From the NCBI GenBank assembly GCA_963815455.1, contig CAWFGO010000003.1, forward strand, positions 224,001 through 288,000: a stretch of 64,000 nucleotides of DNA. The letters are read 5' to 3'. The stretch comes from an uncultured Verrucomicrobiae bacterium. Lineage in GTDB: Bacteria > Verrucomicrobiota > Verrucomicrobiia > Chthoniobacterales > UBA10450. The notes beneath the pieces are model-generated. The model was not told the origin of the DNA, searched no databases, and saw only the letters and a list, made by a program, of their open reading frames with translations. Position numbers and translations under genes: made by a program. Numbering within the stretch: position 1 is the stretch's first letter; each line of letters starts with the position of its first letter. Of the stretch, positions 11,697 through 21,160 are shown in pieces.

Positions 11697-13145
11697 ATGA
11701 AAAGATTGCTCGTTCTGCTTTCTCTCCTGATGGTTGCAACCTGTTTTGCGGCCAAGCCCAAGCCCACACCTACGCCGACCCCAACACCTAAGCCCAAGGT
11801 TACAACAAAAGCTCAGGCCAAGTCGAAGACCAAGTCAAAGACCACCACCAAACCCGCCCCCACGCCCACGCCGAAATCAAAAGCCAGCGCCAAACCCGCG
11901 GCTACGCCCAGACCAAAGTCGGCGCCCACCCCAAAACCCACGTTGGGACGCAAGCCAAAGGCCACACCCAAGCTGACCCCGAAACCCACACCGAAGCCGA
12001 CGCCCAAACCGAAGGCCACCCCGAAGCCAAAGGCAACTCCAAAACACGCCGAAACCAACTCCAAAGCCAAAAGCGACACCAAAACAGAAACCAACGCCCA
12101 GTCCAACGCCAACGCCAACGCCAACCCCACTCCCAAGCCAAGGGCAAGAGCCATAGGGTTCCCGTTCTTCAGACCACGAGCGACGCCCACTTCTGTGGAA
12201 GTCGCGCCGGCTTTGCCCGTGATGCCGCCGGCACCGACTCCGATCCCCACGCCGGAGATCATCGCGGCGTTGCCTAACTACGACGAAGAAACCTCCACCC
12301 GGCTGCAAATTTTTCTGGATAACCACAATTTCGGGCCCGGCAAGATCGACGGCAAAATGGGCGAGTTCTTCCGCAAGGCGCTCATTTCCTATAAGCACGC
12401 CCACGGGATGCGCGAAACCGGCGCTGTCGATCCTTCAATGCTGAATGAAGTGCCGGAGACGTTCACCACCTACACCATCAGGCCGGAGGACCTGAATTTT
12501 GTCGGCGAACTTCCGGAGAGCCACGAAGAACAAGCGAAATTGAAATTGCTTCCCTACACGTCGTTGCTCGAGTTTGTGGCGGAGCGTTACCATTCGGCCG
12601 AGGCTTACATTCAAGAACTGAATCCCGGCAAAGATTGGGAGCATCTCCAGCCCGGCGAGGTTTTGAAGGTGCCCAACGTGATTCCGTTTGAGATCGAAAA
12701 ATTTGTGGAAGGGAATGTGCCGGCCAATCCGGCCTTGGCGGGGCGCAAAGTTTATGTCGATACGAAGGAACACCTTCTGGAGGTTTTCGAAAACGATACG
12801 TTGGTCTGCGTTTATCCGATTACACCCGGATCGACCGAGCTGCCTGCGCCCGTTGGGACATGGAAAATTGTGGGCATCGCGGTGTGGCCCTGGTTCCGTT
12901 ACGACGAAGGGATGCTCAATTACGGCGTGCGCACGGAGGAATTTTTCAATCTCCCGCCCGGCCCGAACAATCTCGTCGGCGTTCTCTGGATGGGCCTGGA
13001 CAAACCCGGGATCGGTATTCACGGGACTAACAATCCCGAGACAATAGGCCGCGCCTCCAGTCACGGCTGCATCCGCCTGGCCAACTGGGATGCCGCGCGG
13101 GTGAAAAACTTCGTGACCGTGGGGAACACGGTCATTATTTTTTGA
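11697..13145 (+). CDS. L,D-transpeptidase (YkuD) with signal peptide, Pro/Lys/Thr-rich linker and peptidoglycan-binding module
   Basis: GIHGT...SHGCIRL catalytic motif; LQIFLD..GKIDG; PKPTP repeats. Confidence 0.92.
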   Translation: MKRLLVLLSLLMVATCFAAKPKPTPTPTPTPKPKVTTKAQAKSKTKSKTTTKPAPTPTPKSKASAKPAATPRPKSAPTPKPTLGRKPKATPKLTPKPTPKPTPKPKATPKPKATPKHAETNSKAKSDTKTETNAQSNANANANPTPKPRARAIGFPFFRPRATPTSVEVAPALPVMPPAPTPIPTPEIIAALPNYDEETSTRLQIFLDNHNFGPGKIDGKMGEFFRKALISYKHAHGMRETGAVDPSMLNEVPETFTTYTIRPEDLNFVGELPESHEEQAKLKLLPYTSLLEFVAERYHSAEAYIQELNPGKDWEHLQPGEVLKVPNVIPFEIEKFVEGNVPANPALAGRKVYVDTKEHLLEVFENDTLVCVYPITPGSTELPAPVGTWKIVGIAVWPWFRYDEGMLNYGVRTEEFFNLPPGPNNLVGVLWMGLDKPGIGIHGTNNPETIGRASSHGCIRLANWDAARVKNFVTVGNTVIIF

Positions 13146-13147
13146 TT

Positions 13148-13196
13148 GTGGCATCGGCATCCTGCCGATGGGACATGGGCCGGAAGCCCATGCCAC
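13148..13196. repeat. GTGG-type REP doublet
   Basis: GTGGCATCGGCATCCTGCCGATG / CATGGGCCGGAAGCCCATGCCAC; related inverted copy at 32800-32848. Confidence 0.7.
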
Positions 13197-13252
13197 GTCA
13201 AAATATTTCGCGCGGAATCGCGCCCTCAAGCGTCTAGGCTTTAGATCGACCA

Positions 13253-13825
13253 ATGGAAGCCAGCGAACGCGAGCAATATCAAGCGGCCATCAAAGGCGAT
13301 CGGGACGCATTTGAAATGATCATCCGCACTCATAGCCGAACCCTCTTCGCCATCGCTTACGGCATTCTGCAAAACCGCGAGGAATCCGAGGATGTCGTTC
13401 AGGATTCGCTGATTAAGGCTTGGAAAACCCGGGGGCGGGTGCGCGACCCCGAAAAATTTCCCGCTTGGCTCGCGACCATTGCTCGTCATCGCGCCCACGA
13501 CATTTTCCGAAAGCGCCGCACTGTGCCTCTTGCCCACGAAACACACGAAATAACCGAAAAAGAAACGCCTGATACGACTGAACTGGACCGGCAATCCCGA
13601 AATTATCGGGACTCGCGAACTCTTTCGGAGTTGCATTCCGCGCTCGCGACGTTGCCGGAGCTCCACCGGGCCGCGCTGACCCTGCGTTATTTCGAAGACA
13701 TGGATTACCGCACAATCGAAAACACGCTTGGACTGAGCAACGGCGCGCTTCGCGGAATTCTCGGCCGCGCCCTCGCCTCGATGCGCAAAGAACTTCGCCC
13801 TGCCCTCACCGCTTTGGAATCATGA
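13253..13825 (+). CDS. ECF RNA polymerase sigma factor
   Basis: SEDVVQD..KAW, FPAWLATIARH, LPELHRAALTLRYF region 4. Confidence 0.93.
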   Translation: MEASEREQYQAAIKGDRDAFEMIIRTHSRTLFAIAYGILQNREESEDVVQDSLIKAWKTRGRVRDPEKFPAWLATIARHRAHDIFRKRRTVPLAHETHEITEKETPDTTELDRQSRNYRDSRTLSELHSALATLPELHRAALTLRYFEDMDYRTIENTLGLSNGALRGILGRALASMRKELRPALTALES

Positions 13826-15840
13826 CTATTCACGAAAACATCGACAATTTACTCGCCGCCGATCTGCACGGCGACCTTTCGGAAGACGAACGCAGCGCGC
13901 TTCACACTCATCTCGTGGAATGCGCCGTTTGCCGAAAAGCTCATCAGGAAACTAAAATCATGAACACAATCATCGAAGAAACTCTCGAACAGGAAAAGCC
14001 CGATCCGACTTTTGAACAGCGGATGCTGGCTGGATTTCGAAACTCCGCGCCGCACCGAAACGGAATCATTAAGTCGATTGTCGATTTGCTTCGATTGCGC
14101 CCAATTCAAATCACGGCCGTCGCAGCCGGGCTGCTCGCCCTGGTTCAAATCGGACGAATGATCACAGGCGAAAGTCCAAATGCATTTTCGCGGCAACAGT
14201 ATGCCGGAGCCCGGTTCGTCGCTGCGAAATCTGCCCAAACGCCACCGCCCGCGTCTGAATTTCGCGGGGCATTGGATAAATCCGCCGATCTTCGCCACAA
14301 CGAAGCCGACCAACTCAATGCGGCAACAGTTTTGCCCATTGCCCAGGCCGCTGCAGCGCCAGCGCCAGCGCCGCTGCGCGAAACGAAAGATGAGGCGAGG
14401 GACGTAGGTAAAGTCGAACGGGTAGTGGTCACGGGATCAAATATTCCCGCCGCGGAAGAAATCGGGCCGAATACTGTGGAAGCGATGAACCCGGCGTTGG
14501 CGAATCGCAAATTGATTCGCAACGCGACGGTCGAACTCGAGATCGTCAGTTTCGATGACGCAGTCCAGAAAATTACTGCTCTGGCAAGTGAGGAAAAAGG
14601 TTACGTCGCCACAACCAGTTCGGAGAAGCAAGCGAACGGAAAGCTGAAAGGCGAGATCGTCGTCAAAGTTTTGCCGGAGAATCTGGATCGGTTTCTCCAG
14701 AAGGTTCGCGGCATTGGGGAGTTGAAGAACCAGACCCTTGGCACTGAGGATGTGACCAAGGCCTATCTCGATACCGATGCGCGATTGAAAAACGCGCGGG
14801 TTATGGAGCAGCGCTTGATCGACATGTTGAAGACGAAGACCGGGAAGGTTGCGGATCTGCTTCAGGTTGAGAAGGAACTCGGGCGGGTCCGGGAAGAGAT
14901 CGAGAAGATGCAGGGCGAACTGAAGTATTGGGATGCGCAGGTGCAGTTCGCCACCGTAATGATCTCGCTCGCGGAAAAGGACCTGGAAGAGCCGGCCGCG
15001 TTCTTGCTGAAGGAACGCGCACAGCTCGCACTTTACACAGCGGAAGTCGAGAAGACCTACAACGACATCAAAGCGCTCGCATCACCGAAAGTTCAAATCA
15101 CAAACGCACAGCTTGATCGGGATTATTCCGGGCGCGTTTCCGCGCGATTGTCGATGTTGATCGCGCCTGAGGAAAGTGACGCGGTGATCAGCAAAGTTAA
15201 AGGCTTCGGTCGCGTAGAGAATTTCCAAGTCCAGACCGAGCGGGTTGCGCAGAGCGGCAGCGGGATGTCGGAGAATGCCAAGACCAAGCGTGACAAGGTT
15301 GAATTGAACATCGTCATCTCGCGAGACGAACAGGAGCAGGCGTTCCAGCAAACCAGCCTGGGCATTCGGACAACGGATATCGACGCGAAGACCAAGGAAC
15401 TTCGCACGTTGACCGAGAAACAAAACGGGCGTGTTCGCAGTTCCTCGTTCAGTCGCGATCCGGACGGACGCGAAGTGGCGAATATTTCAGTGCGGGTGCC
15501 GATGAAAAATTACAACGCGCTCATGCAATCGTTGAACGGGCTTGGCAAAGTTGAGAACGTGAGCGTGCAGCGCCAGGACCGCACCGGCGCGCAGATCGAC
15601 GAAGCCAATGCGCCGGCTGATCTCTCGATCGTGGTTTACAGCCAGGGCAACATTGTTTCGCGGGAGAGCGGCTTGTGGGCAACGTTGCGAAATACCCTGG
15701 CTCAAAGCGCCGCGGCAATCATGTGGAGCTTGCGAATGATCGGCGTGGCGCTGGCGTTTCTGGCGCCGTGGGTAGTCGCGCTCGTCGCGATCGTCTGGCT
15801 GGCAAAACGCATCGCGCAGGGGCGCCGACCGAAATCGTAA
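13822..15840 (+). CDS. Zinc-finger (HxxxCxxC) anti-sigma factor with DUF4349-like repeats
   Basis: HLVECAVC; TM helix; KLIRNATVELE, EDVTKAYLDTDAR; C-terminal TM; overlaps the sigma stop codon. Confidence 0.85.
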   Translation: MTIHENIDNLLAADLHGDLSEDERSALHTHLVECAVCRKAHQETKIMNTIIEETLEQEKPDPTFEQRMLAGFRNSAPHRNGIIKSIVDLLRLRPIQITAVAAGLLALVQIGRMITGESPNAFSRQQYAGARFVAAKSAQTPPPASEFRGALDKSADLRHNEADQLNAATVLPIAQAAAAPAPAPLRETKDEARDVGKVERVVVTGSNIPAAEEIGPNTVEAMNPALANRKLIRNATVELEIVSFDDAVQKITALASEEKGYVATTSSEKQANGKLKGEIVVKVLPENLDRFLQKVRGIGELKNQTLGTEDVTKAYLDTDARLKNARVMEQRLIDMLKTKTGKVADLLQVEKELGRVREEIEKMQGELKYWDAQVQFATVMISLAEKDLEEPAAFLLKERAQLALYTAEVEKTYNDIKALASPKVQITNAQLDRDYSGRVSARLSMLIAPEESDAVISKVKGFGRVENFQVQTERVAQSGSGMSENAKTKRDKVELNIVISRDEQEQAFQQTSLGIRTTDIDAKTKELRTLTEKQNGRVRSSSFSRDPDGREVANISVRVPMKNYNALMQSLNGLGKVENVSVQRQDRTGAQIDEANAPADLSIVVYSQGNIVSRESGLWATLRNTLAQSAAAIMWSLRMIGVALAFLAPWVVALVAIVWLAKRIAQGRRPKS

Positions 15841-15850
15841 CGTCGCGCGC

Positions 15851-15965
15851 TGTCATCCTGAGCCGCGTAGACGGCGAAGGACCTCGCGCAACTGCTGCAC
15901 CGCACAAGCATACCCGCCAGGTGAATGTACAACTGTGGGGGTCCCTCGCTTCGCTCGGAATGACA
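15851..15965. repeat. GTCAT-type palindrome, copy 3
   Basis: TGTCATCCTGAG...CTCGGAATGACA. Confidence 0.8.
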
Positions 15966-16036
15966 AGCAGGAAACTGCCCCTGGAATCAGCCTTGCCCGG
16001 TCCCCGAACGAGTCGTACTCTATTATCACCCGGAGC

Positions 16037-17842
16037 ATGTCGATGAACACTACCAGCGGTATCAGTCTGAACAACGCGGCCGTGGCCGCGACGCCGAAGC
16101 ATCTTCTCCAGTTCGCCGTCGATCAGCGCTATGACGATTACACGCCAGTCGATCACGCCGTTTGGCGGTTCATCATGCGCCAAAACATTTTTTTCCTGAA
16201 GGAGTACGCCCACAAAGTTTATTTTCAGGGTTTGCTCGAGACCGGCATTTCTTTCGAACGCATTCCACGCATTCAAGAGATGAACGATATCCTGGGCAAG
16301 ATCGGCTGGGGCGCGGTGGCGGTGGATGGATTCATTCCGCCGGCGGCGTTCATGGAATTTCAAGCTTATAAAGTGCTCGTGATCGCCTGCGACATGCGCC
16401 AGATCCATCACATCGAATACACGCCGGCGCCGGACATTGTTCATGAAGCCGCAGGGCACGCGCCGATTATTGTCGATCGCGAATACTCAAATTATTTGCA
16501 GCGATTCGGCGAAATCGGCGCCAAAGCGATGTCGTCGAAGAAAGACTTCGAACTTTATCAAGCGATCCGGCACCTCTCGATCTTGAAGGAGCAGCCGAAC
16601 AGCGATCCCAAGGAAGTCGAGGAAGCAACCAAGCTGGTCGCGCATGGCCAAAAAAATCTGGGCGAACCGTCCGAGATGGCGCTGCTCTCGCGGTTGCATT
16701 GGTGGACGGTGGAATACGGTCTCATTGGCACGATGGAGAATCCGAAGATTTACGGCGCCGGATTGCTTTCTTCGATCGGCGAATCGGTCTCGTGCCTGGA
16801 ACCGGGCGTGAGGAAAATCCCCTACTCCATCGACGCGGCCAACCAGCCGTTCGACATCACAACCAAACAGCCACAGTTGTTTGTCTGCCGCGACTTCAAA
16901 CATCTCTCCGACGTGCTTGAGGAATTCGCCAGCAAGATGGCGTTTATGGTCGGCGGGCTCGAAGGCATTAACAAGGCGATCGAGTGCAAGAACGTTACGA
17001 CTTGTGAATATTCATCCGGGTTGCAAGTCAGCGGCGTCTTTACCGAAGTGATCACTCAAGATGAAGCGACGATCTACCTGCGCACAACCGGACCGACTGC
17101 GCTGGCTTATGCCAATAAGGAATTGCCCGGTCACGGCATCGATTATCATAAGGACGGGTTCGGCGCGCCGATTGGCGAATGGAAAACGGTGACCAAATGG
17201 CCACACGATCTGACCGATGAAGATCTGCGCGGCCACGGAATCGAGATTGGGAAAAGAGCGACGATCACATTTATCAGCGGCGTCACCGTCGATGGTAAGA
17301 TCGACAAGATCACAAGACGCGATGGCAAACTGATTCTGATCAGCTTTTCCGAATGCACTGTGAAGTATAAGGACCGCGTATTGTTCGAGCCGTCGTGGGG
17401 CACTTACGATATGGCAGTCGGCGCACGGATCAGTTCGGTGTTCAACGGCGCAGCCGATAAAGACGCATACAATCAGGTCGCGCTCGTTCCGAAAGAGCGC
17501 ACCATCAAAGTGCCGTCGGATGCCAAGCGCAAGCGTCTGGAGAACCTCTACGCCCAAGTACGAAAGATCCGGAAAGGCAAGACCGGATACGAACGGCTGG
17601 GCGAGATTTGGGAAACGCAGCAAGCCGAACACTTGGGCGACTGGCTGTTGTCGATGGAAATTTTCGAAATCCTCGACACGACAGAGCAGCAGCCGGAGTT
17701 GAAAGTGAAGATCGAGAAGTTCCTTAACGAGAAGAAGGCAAAAACCAAGGACCTCTCGACGCTGATCAGCTGGGGCTTCCGGCTGGTCGAGTATCACAAA
17801 AAGCCGGAATACCAGGCCGCGCTGCACGCCTCGCCGAAATAG
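16037..17842 (+). CDS. phhA: Pterin-dependent aromatic amino acid (phenylalanine) hydroxylase, long form
   Basis: YTPAPDIVHEAAGHAP iron motif, RLHWWTVEYGL, YGAGLLSSIGE. Confidence 0.93.
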   Translation: MSMNTTSGISLNNAAVAATPKHLLQFAVDQRYDDYTPVDHAVWRFIMRQNIFFLKEYAHKVYFQGLLETGISFERIPRIQEMNDILGKIGWGAVAVDGFIPPAAFMEFQAYKVLVIACDMRQIHHIEYTPAPDIVHEAAGHAPIIVDREYSNYLQRFGEIGAKAMSSKKDFELYQAIRHLSILKEQPNSDPKEVEEATKLVAHGQKNLGEPSEMALLSRLHWWTVEYGLIGTMENPKIYGAGLLSSIGESVSCLEPGVRKIPYSIDAANQPFDITTKQPQLFVCRDFKHLSDVLEEFASKMAFMVGGLEGINKAIECKNVTTCEYSSGLQVSGVFTEVITQDEATIYLRTTGPTALAYANKELPGHGIDYHKDGFGAPIGEWKTVTKWPHDLTDEDLRGHGIEIGKRATITFISGVTVDGKIDKITRRDGKLILISFSECTVKYKDRVLFEPSWGTYDMAVGARISSVFNGAADKDAYNQVALVPKERTIKVPSDAKRKRLENLYAQVRKIRKGKTGYERLGEIWETQQAEHLGDWLLSMEIFEILDTTEQQPELKVKIEKFLNEKKAKTKDLSTLISWGFRLVEYHKKPEYQAALHASPK

Positions 17843-17849
17843 TCGGTCT

Positions 17850-17974
17850 TGTCATTCCGAGCGGAGTCGCCTGCCGCGCCGTAGCTCCATGCGAAGGCGG
17901 GAAGATCCCGCGTTGCAACCTTTAAGGCGCTACTTCGGGATTCTTCGACTTCGCTCCGCTTCGCTCAGAATGAC
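17850..17974. repeat. GTCAT-type palindrome, copy 4, with the 32-bp element in the left arm
   Basis: Insert at 17870-17901; right arm unoccupied. Confidence 0.8.
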
Positions 17975-17993
17975 GGGCGTTTAAGGCCGAGCG

Positions 17994-18287
17994 TCAGATC
18001 GTCTCGTCCTTGAAATGGCGCTTTCCTTTCAGCGCCCTGGCGTATTCGTCTTTGCTGAGAATGAGAAAGTAATGCATGCCAAGCCGAAAATCCTTCAGGC
18101 TGAACTCGCCGAAGTTCTCGCGAGTGACCGTAAACGGATAGAAATCGTATTCCTCCAAGTTACGGCCGAATTTGCGCCGGCGTTCCTTGTATTTCCCCCA
18201 GAGAAAACCGATCGCCAGGAAAACGACCGAGACAATGATCGAGGCAATGACATTGATTCCGAGTTCGCTTTGCAGAGCTTTGATCAT
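17994..18287 (-). CDS. Small membrane-anchored hypothetical protein, possibly truncated
   Basis: N-terminal TM helix followed by a basic stretch; last gene of the minus-strand run. Confidence 0.5.
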   Translation of the reverse strand: MIKALQSELGINVIASIIVSVVFLAIGFLWGKYKERRRKFGRNLEEYDFYPFTVTRENFGEFSLKDFRLGMHYFLILSKDEYARALKGKRHFKDETI

Positions 18288-18329
18288 ACGCGGGGTCCCG
18301 TTGTCAAAACCGACAATATTCGGGGTCGA

Positions 18330-19022
18330 TCAAAGATTTCCACTCAGGCCCGCCAAGGTGATGTTTTCGAGCGCGACATTGTCTGGTCGGGAGAGCGCAT
18401 AGGCGACAGCGCCAGCGACTTCATCGGGCGACATCATTTTCTTGCGCGGCCAATCACCTTCAATGTTGTTCCAAATATCGGTGGAGGTCGCCGCGGGATA
18501 AATGTTGATCACCCGAACCTTATGATCGCGCAGCTCCTCCCGGACGGATTGCGAAAAACCTTCCAGGGCGAACTTACTCATGCAATAGGCGCTCCAATTC
18601 GGAAAACCTGTTTTGGCCGCGACGGAAAGAATGTTGACGATGCTCGAGCCCGGCGGCATGTGGGGAGCAAAATGCTGCGTCAACATGAACGGCGCGGTGA
18701 TGTTGACGCCGACAGTCTGTTCCCATTCGATCGGCGTGATTTCACAGAACGGTTTTACAACCGCGACGCCGGCATTGTTCACCAGTAAATCGAGCGGTTC
18801 ATTGCCAGCGTCGGCAATCAGATCGGCAACGCCCGCGGGCTTGGCCAGATCGTGCGTTAGCAAAACAACTTTCGCACAATTCGATTGGACCGCTTTGCGC
18901 GTTTCGCCGAGCGCAACGCTATCGCGCCCGTGCAACAACAGAGTGACATCCTCAGCCGCGAGTTTCTCGGCGATGGCTCGCCCGATTCCGCGACTGGCGC
19001 CGGTAATCAAAACACGTTTCAT
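18330..19022 (-). CDS. SDR oxidoreductase (candidate sepiapterin reductase)
   Basis: TGASRGIG, NNAG, YCMSK; adjacent to PTPS and folE. Confidence 0.88.
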   Translation of the reverse strand: MKRVLITGASRGIGRAIAEKLAAEDVTLLLHGRDSVALGETRKAVQSNCAKVVLLTHDLAKPAGVADLIADAGNEPLDLLVNNAGVAVVKPFCEITPIEWEQTVGVNITAPFMLTQHFAPHMPPGSSIVNILSVAAKTGFPNWSAYCMSKFALEGFSQSVREELRDHKVRVINIYPAATSTDIWNNIEGDWPRKKMMSPDEVAGAVAYALSRPDNVALENITLAGLSGNL

Positions 19023-19106
19023 CCAGATTTGGACAACGTTCAATGTTCAACCCGTCTTCGCAAGACGACAATGAAGCACACGTCCAATTCTTGGTGCGAA
19101 AAATCC

Positions 19107-19155
19107 GGAGGGACGCGCTTCTGCGCGTCCAGGACATGCGGAAGCATGTCCCTCC
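19107..19155. repeat. GGAG-type REP doublet
   Basis: GGAGGGACGCGCTTCTGCGCGTCC / GGACATGCGGAAGCATGTCCCTCC. Confidence 0.7.
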
Positions 19156-19163
19156 GAAAGTCA

Positions 19164-20375
19164 TCACACTCGCCGCAGGGTAAAACGATTATTCGGCGTC
19201 TCCCACAAGCGCAATCGCACCAGTTGCTGGTTGAGACGGCTGTCGATCTTGGGCCAAAGGGCGCGCACAATATTCTCTCCGGTAGAGGGAACTTCGCGAA
19301 AATCGTCCGTTTCCAGATCAAGATGTCGATCCTGCCACGGCGCGAGCGCTTCCCCGATCGCGTTTTTGAGTTCCAGAAAATTGTAGAGGGTACCGGAACG
19401 TTTGTCGTACTCACCGCCAACGGTTGTCTCGGTAACGTAGCGATGGCCGTGCCCCAACGGATTATTGCATTTGCCGTAACGCTTTACATTCTCGGCATCG
19501 GACAACGCGGCGGCATGGAGCCGATGAGCGGCGTTGAATGCCAGCTGCATTCCAAGAGAAACCGTTTCGTCATCCCAAACTTCGGCAAAGAAATCTTCGC
19601 GTTCGTGCAAGCGGACGCGATACAGCCGGGGCAAGGCAGCGCTCATCCGCTCGAAAATATATCCGGCCAAACTCTCGGTCGTGATCGGGCGGTCCTTAAG
19701 ATTGCTGTCGTCGTTGAGATAACGATGATCCAACTCGGATCGCAACGAGCCGATCGCGCGTTCGACCTGGTCGTGACGGACAACCGGCGCTTCGCCGTTG
19801 ACCTTGTCGGCTTGAAAGGTGAGCCGGGCGCGATAATGATGACCGTGCGGCGAGAGCGCCTCGCCAAATAATTTGCGATTCTCCGCTTCGCTCAAATGCG
19901 GCGACATCGTCCGGCGCGCCGAGGAAAAATCGAACCAGTAATTTCCTTCGCAGGCGCCACTTGAGAAAAAAGTCGCGCTCCGCTCGGGCGATTCGGTGAG
20001 GTGACAGGCGCACAATTTTGCATCGACATCGGAAAAAAGCGGCGCAACATCGACATATAACGCCCGGGCAACGTTCTCTGCGGTGGGTGGCAGATTAGCG
20101 AATGTTGAATTTTGCTCGTTCAGGAATTTGTGGTCGAACCTTTGCTGCACAATCCGGCCGGCACGTTCCTTGATTTCGCTGATATTGATCAGCATGCCGG
20201 TAGTTGGATCGACCGGTCCGGTAAAAACAAAATAGGCTACGTAATTGCGGCCGGTGCCGTAACGAGCTGCGCTCTCGGGGCCGAACGCGATCAGGTTTTC
20301 GGCTTCAGTCCAGTCTCGAACGAATAACCGGCGCGAAGCTGAAAATTCGAGGCGTTTGCTGACCGTCAGGAGCAT
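19164..20375 (-). CDS. 6-pyruvoyl-tetrahydropterin synthase-like protein with three tandem T-fold domains
   Basis: Three repeats starting FSASRRL / FSSARRT / FNAAHRL; third has CNNPLGHGHRY, STGENI, LWETPNN. Confidence 0.88.
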   Translation of the reverse strand: MLLTVSKRLEFSASRRLFVRDWTEAENLIAFGPESAARYGTGRNYVAYFVFTGPVDPTTGMLINISEIKERAGRIVQQRFDHKFLNEQNSTFANLPPTAENVARALYVDVAPLFSDVDAKLCACHLTESPERSATFFSSGACEGNYWFDFSSARRTMSPHLSEAENRKLFGEALSPHGHHYRARLTFQADKVNGEAPVVRHDQVERAIGSLRSELDHRYLNDDSNLKDRPITTESLAGYIFERMSAALPRLYRVRLHEREDFFAEVWDDETVSLGMQLAFNAAHRLHAAALSDAENVKRYGKCNNPLGHGHRYVTETTVGGEYDKRSGTLYNFLELKNAIGEALAPWQDRHLDLETDDFREVPSTGENIVRALWPKIDSRLNQQLVRLRLWETPNNRFTLRRV

Positions 20376-20420
20376 GATTCAGCAAACACGCTGCGGCTGA
20401 TCTCGCAAGTAACAGCGCCA

Positions 20421-20511
20421 TCATCCTGAGCGAAGTCGAAGGATCCCGTTTTGGAACCTCATGGTAGCGCCACGGGATTCCTCGACTCCGCTGCGCTCCG
20501 CTCGGAATGAC
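20421..20511. repeat. GTCAT-type palindrome, copy 5 (uninterrupted)
   Basis: TCATCCTGAGCGAAGTCGAAGGATCCC...GGGATTCCTCGAC...CTCGGAATGAC. Confidence 0.85.
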
Positions 20512-20520
20512 GAGACTATA

Positions 20521-21156
20521 TCATTCCTTCAGCAACGAGAGAAATTCCGAGCGCGTCCGGGCATCCTCCTTGAACGAGCCGAGCAGGCACGAAGTCTTCA
20601 TGACGGAATTTTGCTTCTCGACGCCACGCATCATCATGCAGAGATGCTTGGCTTCCACCACCACTGCGACTCCGGACGGATGAAGACACTCCATCAATGA
20701 TTCGGCAATTTGCGTGGTGAGATTCTCCTGGATCTGCAATCGGCGCGCGAAGACATCCACGATGCGCGCGACCTTGGATAGACCAATTACTTTGCCGCTC
20801 GGGATGTAGGCGACATGCGCCCGGCCGATAAAGGGCAACAAGTGATGTTCGCACATCGAGTAAAGCTCGATGTCCTTGACCAGAATGATCTCGCTTGCTT
20901 CGGAATCGAAAATGGCCCCGTTCACCACAGCGGCCACGCTTTGCCGATAGCCTTGAGTGAGAAACTCAAATGCGCGGGCGGCGCGGGCCGGCGTTTTCGC
21001 CAGCCCCTGACGCTCCGGATCTTCGCCAATCGCTTCGAGCAACTCATGAAACGCTTGCTCCAGAACCTCGAGCTTATCCTCCTCGAGACGATTTGCGTCG
21101 CGGGTGAGCCGCTCGCTTCTTTCCAGAATAGAATTTTGTGTGCGCAAGATCGGCAA
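20521..21156 (-). CDS. folE: GTP cyclohydrolase I
   Basis: [33 protein letters not shown]. Confidence 0.97.
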   Translation of the reverse strand: MPILRTQNSILERSERLTRDANRLEEDKLEVLEQAFHELLEAIGEDPERQGLAKTPARAARAFEFLTQGYRQSVAAVVNGAIFDSEASEIILVKDIELYSMCEHHLLPFIGRAHVAYIPSGKVIGLSKVARIVDVFARRLQIQENLTTQIAESLMECLHPSGVAVVVEAKHLCMMMRGVEKQNSVMKTSCLLGSFKEDARTRSEFLSLLKE

Positions 21157-21160
21157 CCGG

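Noticed and set aside
11750..12260. Tandem-looking repeats in the L,D-transpeptidase gene
   Set aside because: Codon-level Pro/Lys/Thr low-complexity linker, not a DNA repeat array
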